From assembly GCA_054661495.1 (NCBI GenBank), contig BAAFSQ010000018.1, forward strand, positions 45,906-77,905: a stretch of DNA of 32,000 nucleotides, read 5' to 3'. Positions 23,101 through 32,000 of this stretch are shown here, piece after piece. Source of the stretch: Zygophlyctis sp. KS116. Taxonomy: Eukaryota > Fungi > Chytridiomycota. Under the pieces are notes generated by a model, which saw only the letters and a program-made list of their open reading frames with translations, ran no database searches and was not told where the DNA came from. The translations under genes were made by a program, and so were the position numbers. Numbering within the stretch: position 1 is the first letter of the stretch; each line of letters opens with the position of its first letter.

Positions 23101-26100
23101 GCCCATAGCCCCTATAAATTGAATGTCCACGAATTCTTGCATTGAGTTATCCCCTAGATTATACCATCCGCCATGATCCATCCATTGACGAAGCAGCTCA
23201 ATAGGTGGTTGCGCACCATATGTTTCACGAGCAGGCATATTCATATCATCAACGAATATGATACATCTTTTACCCATGGTAGGCCCAAATATGCCCTTCC
23301 TCCTCTTATCTAATTTTGATTCAATAATCTCTTGCGTTTGATAGGAACTTGTTTGGGCAGAAAAATTGATAAATACGGGAATATATATTTCCTTATCCAT
23401 CCCATTCATTAAGATTTCACGAGTGTACAAGGACTTACCCGTCCCTGTCGGCCCAACAAAAAGGACGTGTTTTTGATGAGAAGCTAGTAATTTGGTTAGG
23501 AATCTATATCTGGCAGTATCAATTGTTGGAACTAAAATATCGTCATATTTAGTTTTGGGTGGAATAATATAATTGCTGGATAATGTTTCAATCCATAGCT
23601 TGAAAGATCCACCATTATTTGTATCAAACATATAATCATAAATCGAGCCTTCAGGAATTGAATTTTCTAAAATCAAAGCGGTAGGTTTTGCAGCATCAGC
23701 AACCATTCCATTGTATAAAAGATGTACAAAATCATTAAGTTTTTTTCTCCCTGGCTCATTTACCGAAGCACAAATTGACCAGAATGTTGAGAACAAAAAC
23801 ATTCCTTGAATTAATTTTTTAGAAATGCTAGAAGATTTCCCAGATATCTGTGCGGCATCTTTAAACATGCATTCAAAAATATTCAAAAGGGAAACTACCA
23901 AATTAGCATCACTAGTTTCTGTTAATTCTATGCACTCTTTTCGTAGATACTGAAGTAGAGGCTTAATAAGCCAATCGACCATGAGATTAAGTACAGCCTT
24001 TTGTTCATCGTTGAGTGTGCTCTTATTAACCCAAGACACAACAAGAGTCTCCCTCCATCCAATCCGATGAGGCTCCATAAATATCATACCACACCTACTA
24101 ACAGTGGCTATTTCATTTAATCAAAATAAAGTACCTGGTGATGCTACAGCAAGATCTCTTACTTCGAAAATCAAGCTCATCGTATTGGACAGCTGTATAA
24201 TTTCTCCACTATTTAGGCATAGCTTCTTGTTATCATCCAATACTGTGTTCATGTTTTCAATCCAGATTGCATCCACAGGACCATCAAAAATAATCCATTT
24301 ACGATCAGGTGTCGGAGTTGATGCAAAATTTCGAAATGTCACCGCCAAAACTCCATCAGACCATTCATGAGTGGCCTTATCAAATTGACCATAGAGCTGG
24401 CCCATAGTTATAGACTTGGGGTTCAATATTCCTGTAATAACTTTTGCCTCTTCATTTGGATTATTTTTATTTATATCTGACAGCGCCCCTTGGAGAACTT
24501 TGTATGCAGATGTTTTGCCTGCGAATGACTCTCCAACAATCATAAATCCGTGACGAACAAGCATCATTTCGTAAATTTGTTGAATTTTTTCTGTGAAAGC
24601 CGGTACATTTTGAAGATTCATTTTTTCACAATTTATTTGAATTGCCTTGTTTAAAACAGCATAATCAGGCGTTGGTAGCTTAACTCCAGGAAAAAGGTCT
24701 GCGGTGATGCCTTTGAATAGAGGAATATCCTGCGATAAGAATTTTGCCAAATTCACATCAATTATTGATCGCAGAATTAGTATACTTTCCAGCTCATTTG
24801 TATACTTTAGCTTGAGCGCTCCGGCAGCATTTAAAACTGATTTGACTGCCCTCATACCATAATCATAATGATCTTGAGAAGAAAGCTGTTCAGAGCATAA
24901 GCGATAAGTTGCTGTAATTTTCACGGCCAGAGCTCTAGCCTCGACAAAACCGAATGAATATAATGAAATCTCCGCAATTAATGTATAATCTGGAACCATC
25001 ATCGCTACTGGCCTGAAGAGCGCCTTTAAATTATCAGGAAGTTCACTTCGACCTGCATATCCAGGATTCATAGTTATAAACACATTTGCTACAGGATTCA
25101 TATTTAGCTCTGTTCCTTCAAAAATAAATGTTTCAAGTTTTGCGGCTTTTGCACGCTGTATGGTAAGTATTTGCTGTGCTACTACGGATAAAACTTCCAG
25201 ATCGATTCGATTGAACTCGTCAAAGCATGCCCATGCACCAGCTGATGCCAAACCTTTGAAAAATTTACCCATAGCAATATAGTCGAGACCGTCAGAACAA
25301 TTGTAAACTACACAAAACATAGCAAGAGCTTTTGCGAGATCTTTAACGGATTCTGTTTTACCAGTTCCTGCTGGACCCTCCGGTGCTCCACCAAGATTCA
25401 GCTGTAATGCGCCGAATAATGTGCGATAGCACCGATCAGTTAAAGGGGTGATAACCAGCCTACCTGAATTCCCAAGGTATTCATAGCCATATTTTTGAAC
25501 AGAATTTATCATTTTTACTAATATTCCTGTGTCCTTATCAGAATAATAGTAACGCAACTGACTTAACCATGTAAAGTCTGTGATACTGCTAACTTTTGCC
25601 TCATCAAGCTCTTTTATCACATCCCGCGCGTGCACATCAATCTATTATCAGCTTCAAAATAACACTCTACCACTACTAAGGCCTCTAAAGTTGTTCGATT
25701 CAACCGACTTAAATTTCCACGGACTAATTCTACTATCTTCGAAAGCCGCTCTGTACTTTGTTCCAAGTATTTCTTTAGCCCATTATTTCTTCCTTCCAAA
25801 ATAACAAACTCAACTTCCTTTGTCCAAAATATAGAACTCACTCCTAGAACGACCTGCCCAGGCCAATTTAAGACCCATTTTTCCCTTGGTGCTTCTCGAT
25901 ATACATCGAAAGCCTGTGAGGACACTTGCCTCATACTAGCTAGCATCGCTTTTTCAACTTGAACTAGCCATTTTTCCACTGCACCAGCGGCTTCAACTGT
26001 CGAGACTGGATTTTTAAATTTAATGTACTCTTTTTGAGCACTATAAATTCCTAAAATATCCAACATATCATCAAATTCTAATCCATTCAAGCCCTCAAAA

Positions 26101-29100
26101 CATTTTTTCAAATGTGGTTGAACTCTAGCAGGATCTCTTGTCTCCGATAGAATTTCCAGCATTTCGTCATTTGATAAAAAGAAAAAGCGAGGGAAAAACA
26201 GACGCTTAACTTCCAAATATTGATTTAATCCCTTTTGAATAAGTTCAAGCTCATTGTTGCTATCTTTTAGTCTGTTTAGCAAGTTTGGCATATCAGAAAC
26301 TTTTAATACATGATGATCTTGAGCTGTATATGCCATTATTTCTTTCCATGTCTTATTAACCGATATGAAGCGTTTTCCTTCAGTTGGCATTTGACGCATT
26401 ATATCTTCTGAACTAAATATTGGCTCGAGATATAGCCATGTCGCCTGCACTTTGAGCCATTCGTCCAATATCTCCTGTAGGCTATAAATTGTATGGAAAA
26501 TACCTGCATCAATAATAATTTTGATTCCCATGTTTTGCTTTCTTCATCAAAAGCTTTAATAAATGGGGAACCACGCATAGTTTGCACTTTAACGATATGA
26601 TCATCCAAAACAGATTGTATTTCATCTACTCCAGCTAAGATTTGAGTACCAGTATCTCTATAATCTGCAGTAAAGAATTCAACATCTTTCCATTCTTGGT
26701 ACATTTTTTGAAGTGCTTTTTCAAATGAAAATTCTTTGCTAGCTACGCCGCTAATTTCTTCTAAAGCAGGCATATATTCGGACAGTTTGCGGTCCAAAAC
26801 AGAAGAAAGGGTGGTTGAATCATCAGGCAAGAACTCTGAGTTGATTGCTTTTGAGATTAAAAGCCAATGACGCTCACGCATGCCCGGATTACATAATGTA
26901 GAAACAAGAGGTAGATGAACTTTGAATTTTTCAATTTGGTCTTTAACTAAATCTGCAAGCTGTTTTGGTTCAGGATGATCAGCAAATGACAGTTTAATCT
27001 TGTACATATTTCGCCACATATTAGTGACCTCGGTTTCAATCGCCTCAGCGTCTAATTTCAAAAAAGAGCCCGACATCCAGGAGAAATATGACTTTTGAAA
27101 ATCTACCCCTGTTTGGTAGAGATTACCAAAAGGTTGGAGAGTTTCTATAGCAGAAGCTAGAGTGGAAAATTTAGTAGGTTCCCATCCCATCAGTTCTTCA
27201 TCTCTATTAAAAGAATTTATCTTTTCACTAATATTTTCAAACCGGGTTTGAAGCTTTTGCCATGATTTATAATAGCGGGTAATTTCTCCAAAATCTCCAA
27301 AAGAATAAAATTCTTCGATTTGTTTGGTAAGACTCTCCAATTCCGTAAACAGCTTTTCTTTTCTCCCTTTTAATTCATCATGATTGGATTCCTTTGAATT
27401 TTGTAAATTATTATCACATTCTTGGAAAATAGGAATGATTTTTGATGGCCAACTGAATAATATCGCATTTAAATCAAAGTCCTCTTTAGTAAATTCATAA
27501 TATGATAGCATAAAATTCAATCTGAAAATTATTATAGCGATTTTTGATACCTTTTCTTAGACTCTTCAATTTGCTCCTGAAGCAATTTCATCTGGGATAT
27601 TTTAGCCTTTTCCACAAATGTTCGTAATTCAAACATTTCTGTGACATTGATTGGTTTTTTGATAAGAATTTCAGCCATTTCTTCAAATGCTTTACATATT
27701 CTAATAATTTAATAGTACAAGGTATACCTTGCATTGGAATCTTGATATTTAATTGAAAGCACATGCAGTATCTGATCTGACAATTCATTTGCTCTACTAG
27801 AAATACATAAAGTCAGATCTTCACAATGAAGCTCAAAAAGTGGCATAGGAAAAATTTTCGGAAAGGAGCATTGAATTTTAGAAGACAAGTTTCTGTAGCT
27901 TTTAATTGTCTAGTATTAAAATTACAAATAGAAATTACCTCGATCAAAGCTTCAACATTTGGATCCTCATCAAGGAAAGATTGCACCTCTGAGTATGCCG
28001 ATTTCGTTATCAAAGATTTGAATCCGTCAAATTGAGATATATAAGAATTCGGTTCAGCAAGCTTGTCATTAAGACACCGATGAAGTTTTTCTCTGGCTTC
28101 GTTGCAAAATTGGGGGTAAGTTTCTTCGAAAGCAACCCGAACACATTGCTCAGGTTTTGCAGATAAAAGTAAAGATTTGTTTCCTCCGGATGTTTGCCCC
28201 TGAGCAAATAACTGAGTTTCTATTCTGGGAACTTTGTCAGCTGCAATAAATAAAGCTTCTAAAATCGATTCTGCCGCATGTACTATATCCAATAGTTGGG
28301 GCTCAAAAAGAATGTTTGTCTCGTCTAAATTAAGACGAACCACAAATGATAAACTTTTAGGAATGTCTGAATCTGGTTGTACATGAGTTGAATCATCAAA
28401 GAGGCTTAAAAAGTCCTCTACAGTATTTCTGACAATTTGTCTGAGCTGATCAGCCATTATCAAAGATATTGATCTAAAAAATATTTCCATCCTGTTTGTA
28501 GGGATGCTTGTCCATTCTTGCTTCTTCGCTCCAAGATAAAAGACAGATAAGATCTCTGGATACCAAGTAATCAGCAATTTTTCCATTGTCTTGTCAAATC
28601 TTTGAAGCATCAATGATTTCAGATTTCTTATTTCAAAGGCCGTTCCCTTTCCAAGAATAGTATCTATTTCGAATAATCTTGCCGTTTTATAATTATTCCA
28701 TATATCCAAGATTGCAGATACAGTAGGATTAATAATCATCAAATTTTCTCTAATGAATGATGATGAGTCAATATAAGACTGCTGCCAAGTGTCTGTAGAC
28801 TTTCTGATGCTAACAAAATCATCTTTTAATGGCGCATCTTCTTGATTCGGATCGAATTTCTCCCTAGGATCCTTCAGAACAAAATCAACAATAGCTTTCT
28901 TCACACTCATATGATAGTCTTCTCTCATTTCATTTGATAATGAAGCCAAAACTAATTGATGTGAAAGTTTTAGTTTATCCGGTAACATTCTTTTGACATT
29001 ATTAAGCCATTTATCTTCCATATCAGCCACATGCTGTGTGTCTATGCCATTTGTTATATAATAATAATATCGTTGTATAGTTTCCCTATCTTGTAAACCA

Positions 29101-29538
29101 CCTCTACTTCTGTCGCCAATAAAAGTCGCGAGGTTATCTTGAGATATATGTCCTTGCATTACAATACCAACCACGTTTGATCTAAATGTTTCCAACTCTT
29201 TTTTACATTCTTTATCAGAGACCAAATCATTTCTTCGTATTGCATCCAAGACTTTAACTTTTTTTACAGGGGAAAAGTCGCCGATAAACTTTGAAGGTAA
29301 GTCATCTTTTGGAATGTATGATGAGTCCTCTTTCCATGATCGTCCTCTTGTACCTGTTGGCAATATATTTCTCTAAATAATTAAATTAATTAAATCGCAA
29401 TATTAAAATAATTAATATTTCGGACATGTTACCTTTTTACTTGCAGTTCGTGGACTTTCCAACTCTGGAAAAGTCTCTAAAACCTTCTAAGTTATTAACG
29501 ATCAGTCAATGAATTACTAGTTTAGGGAAATCAGACAT
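17173..29538 (-). CDS. DNAH7: Axonemal inner-arm dynein heavy chain, DNAH7-like, ~3989 aa, 14 exons
   Basis: P-loops [24 protein letters not shown] and [12 protein letters not shown]7-like N-terminal [16 protein letters not shown] and C-terminal [15 protein letters not shown]...HWIRRGVA. Introns: 17276-17305, 18363-18389, 18484-18509, 19220-19244, 23038-23064, 24108-24134, 25642-25670, 26475-26503, 27522-27550, 27701-27727, 27910-27938, 29373-29432, 29487-29517. The first two small exons are less certain. Confidence 0.93.
29396..29422 (-). other. Inverted repeat (stem-loop) inside the only long intron
   Basis: The transcript strand reads CG-A-AATATTAA-ttatt-TTAATATT-G-CG: an 8-bp perfect stem, one mismatch, then two C-G pairs. 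Confidence 0.6.
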
Positions 29539-29758
29539 TCTTTAAAAAAAGTTTCCGAGTGACATCATCGACCGATATGAAACAGTTATCAACATGATTA
29601 CCGATTGATGGGATAGTTGGTATGGAGCTATTAACGATGCAACACCTACTTGATTGAATGCAAAACAAACGACAGCAATATCTTTAAATTCGTCGAGTAC
29701 TTCAAATCAGGGAACAGTGGGCTTTGGGTGAAAATAGGGCGAGGTAGTCATAAAACTC

Positions 29759-30778
29759 ATGTCTCTCATCAAGGCACAGGATAAAGTAAATCAAGTTACA
29801 GTCTCATCGATCGAAAAATCACTCATCAAACCAATCAAAAGAGTGTCTGATCTCAATGCCCCAATAATGCTCCTTGAAGGCCACAAGGCCGAAGTCTTTT
29901 CTTTGGCATTTTCTCCAAACGGGAAAACTCTGGCTTCTGCTGGATTCGATCAGGATATTTATCTTTGGGAGGCTTATGGGGCCTGCAATAATACTCAAAT
30001 AATTAAAGGTCATTCAGGAGCAGTATTGCAAGTTTGCTGGACAAGAGATAACTCTGCATTATTCTCGGTCTCTACCGATAAAACTTGTGGATTATGGGAT
30101 GTTGAGACTGGTGCCAGGAAAAAGAAATTTAAGGCTCATACTGGGATTATTAATACTGGAGATGTTTCCAAAAGGGGTAACGAGGTTTTCATGAGTGCTG
30201 GTGATGATGGCCTAATTTTATTTTGGGAAGAACGAGTCAAAAATCCAATTAAATCTCTCCAATCTCAATATCCGGTTTTATCATGCTCATTTTCTTTAGA
30301 TGGTTCATCATGTTTTACATCTGGTGTTGAAAATGAAATACTGATGTGGGATTTAAAATCAGATTCAGTCATTAACAAACTCTCTGGTCACTTAGATACA
30401 GTTACTGGGTTAAAAGTCTCTCCTGATGGTGACTCTTTACTATCGTATTCTATGGATGAAACACTACGGATTTGGGATATAAAGCCGTTTTCTACTTCTG
30501 GAGAAACAAGACTTATATCAACTCTAGCTGGAGCTCCTCATGGGTATGAAAAGAATCTTATTAGACCTTGTTGGTCACCAGACTCTGATTTTGTTGCGAC
30601 TGGATGTGGTGATAGATCTGTAATGGTTTGGAATGTGGAAAATAATAGACTATGTTATAAGCTACCTGGACATAAAGGTACAGTAAATCAAGTTGATTGG
30701 ACTGGAAATATGATTGCAAGTGCAAGTTCAGATAGAAATTTGTTTTTAGGAGAGTTGAATTTACAAGAAGTGCGTTAA
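29759..30778 (+). CDS. SNRNP40: U5 snRNP 40 kDa WD40 protein, 339 aa, intronless
   Basis: R.S.L.APIMLLEGH, GHSGAVL, WDIKPF, HGYEKNL, YKLPGHKG and ASASSDRNLFLGEL. Confidence 0.93.
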   Translation: MSLIKAQDKVNQVTVSSIEKSLIKPIKRVSDLNAPIMLLEGHKAEVFSLAFSPNGKTLASAGFDQDIYLWEAYGACNNTQIIKGHSGAVLQVCWTRDNSALFSVSTDKTCGLWDVETGARKKKFKAHTGIINTGDVSKRGNEVFMSAGDDGLILFWEERVKNPIKSLQSQYPVLSCSFSLDGSSCFTSGVENEILMWDLKSDSVINKLSGHLDTVTGLKVSPDGDSLLSYSMDETLRIWDIKPFSTSGETRLISTLAGAPHGYEKNLIRPCWSPDSDFVATGCGDRSVMVWNVENNRLCYKLPGHKGTVNQVDWTGNMIASASSDRNLFLGELNLQEVR

Positions 30779-30811
30779 ACAGTTTATAATGCAAATAAGA
30801 TTATTTTCAAT

Positions 30812-31837
30812 TTAGTCAGTAGCTAGTGATTTCGTCCATTCTAATAATTCCTGAGCTTCAGTCTCCCAAGAAACAGCTTCAACTGGATCCGGTTGATGGT
30901 ATAACGTTTTCAAATGTTCTAGTCTATTCTTCTTTTTTTGATTTAAATCTGCACAAGACCGATTAGACTTGAATTTCCCGTACAAAAGATATTTATGATT
31001 TTGTAAAAGCTCTTTTTGATCTTTTCTAAATGAAGAAAACTGACTATTAGGATTAGCCGAAGTCGCCAAATTAAGCCATTGCTCATGGTAGTTATCAAAA
31101 GATAAATGCTTAATTGCCTTTTTATCTGAAACTTGCAGAGTCTCGACAGATTGTGATATTTCCTCTTGAAAAACATCTTCTACTAAAGAATCAAATGGAT
31201 CCAACCCAGCTTTAATTAGAAGAACTTGCATCATACCTTCAATCCTTCTGCTAGCCACTATTGAATCTTGAATCATTTGATTATATAGTCTTGGAGCATT
31301 TTTACAAACATCTCCAGCAGGTTCATTTATACAATTTTCAATAATTGGCTCTGAAAGCAATATCTTGTCAAATTAATTTATATAAATTTACTTGTAATTC
31401 CACCATTAATTCAATTATTGACGTTTTAGGATTCCAATTAATCAGACCATCCATACATGGACATCCTGTATTCATATCAACTAATTTTAATTAATCTTAA
31501 AATACTATTTGGATGAAATGGTATAGTAACAAAGGATATATGAGGAGGTTTAGAATCATAGCTTTCATCAAACAACAAATCAACCTGAAATATCCCACCT
31601 ATCTTTAACCAATTTTTAAATTACCTTGCCATTGACTATCATAGAGTCCATTTATTTCTACTCTCCAATGAAATATTGAGCCATGAATTAGAGAGACCTG
31701 AATTCCCTTATCAATTAGTACAATTACAAACTACTAACCCAAATCAGATCAGAGTCTTCTCCCAACTCTTGCTTCTCGATCAATTTCTCTAGATAAAATA
31801 ATTGCCTTTGTAATAAAAGGGCCGGCCTTGAAGCCAT
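30812..31837 (-). CDS. UBE2U: Ubiquitin-conjugating enzyme E2 U-like, ~295 aa, 6 exons
   Basis: Mostly missed by the ORF track. Introns 31707-31738, 31599-31624, 31481-31505, 31364-31391 and probably 31210-31236 give MASRPALLLQR...WRVEINGLYDSQWQGGIFQV...PPHISFVTIPFHPNIDMNTGCPCMD...LQILLSEPIIEN, which matches the UBE2U signature (TIPFHPN.D..TG.PC). Confidence 0.85.
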
Positions 31838-32000
31838 TCGTAGTTTGATGATGTCATCCCATTCTTCACGCCGTAGACTTCAATCCCATGCTCCAGTCTA
31901 ATTTATAAACTAACACTTGAACTACCATTTCCTCTTCCTTTTTCATAATTTTTCAATAATAGCATCTAATATGTCTAGAAATTCAGCTAAAATGTAACTG

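Noticed and set aside
17409-28207. Many 60-90 aa ORFs antisense or out of frame within dynein (and similar ones within AspRS, FOL3, TAF2, the methyltransferase and SNRNP40)
   Set aside because: They overlap well-conserved coding sequence, show no recognisable motifs, and are expected as by-products.
1398-29538. Pseudogenes, programmed frameshifts or stop-codon reassignment as the cause of the fragmented ORFs
   Set aside because: Every break is resolved by a GT-AG intron of consistent size that restores conserved motifs. Genes end in standard TAA or TGA stops.
31858-32000. Possible extra gene or intron at the window end (minus-strand GT-AG 31898-31925; plus-strand ATG 31971 followed by GTAAC)
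   Set aside because: There is too little sequence to establish a frame or homology.
1-32000. tRNA/rRNA genes, transposons, CRISPR arrays, U12-type introns
   Set aside because: I saw no such signatures. Intergenic gaps are all about 220 bp or less, and no donor matches the U12 consensus RTATCCTT.

Overview
AT-rich, very gene-dense eukaryotic nuclear DNA, most likely from a zoosporic (flagellated) fungus such as a chytrid or relative. Fungal-type genes (DUF3844 membrane protein, FOL3-type dihydrofolate synthase) sit beside an axonemal inner-arm dynein. The fragmented ORF track is explained by splicing. Reading by hand, I rebuilt 13 complete genes plus the 5' end of RPL30, using 50 GT-AG introns. 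Forty-nine of these are 24-35 nt and one is 60 nt, and every spliced CDS length is a multiple of 3. Gene order: RPL30 (partial, -), DUF3844 protein (-), organellar-type AspRS (+), eIF2B-alpha (-), small secreted Cys-rich protein with an Asp/Tyr tail (-), dolichyl pyrophosphate phosphatase (+), TPR-like protein (-), FOL3/FolC (+), TAF2 fused to three bromodomains (+), CCDC87-like (+), SAM methyltransferase (+), DNAH7-like dynein (-), SNRNP40 (+), UBE2U-like (-). The most notable signal is a miniature-intron splicing system: GTA donors, about one-third AAG acceptors, a branch-like motif next to the AG, and no polypyrimidine tract. Its single long intron contains a hairpin that would restore the typical effective length. 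Other notable signals are extreme packing (27 bp between divergent ATGs, a 12-bp convergent CDS overlap), shared promoter motifs and the TAF2 fusion. All gene identities come from recalled motif similarity, not database searches, and all introns are predicted without transcript evidence.
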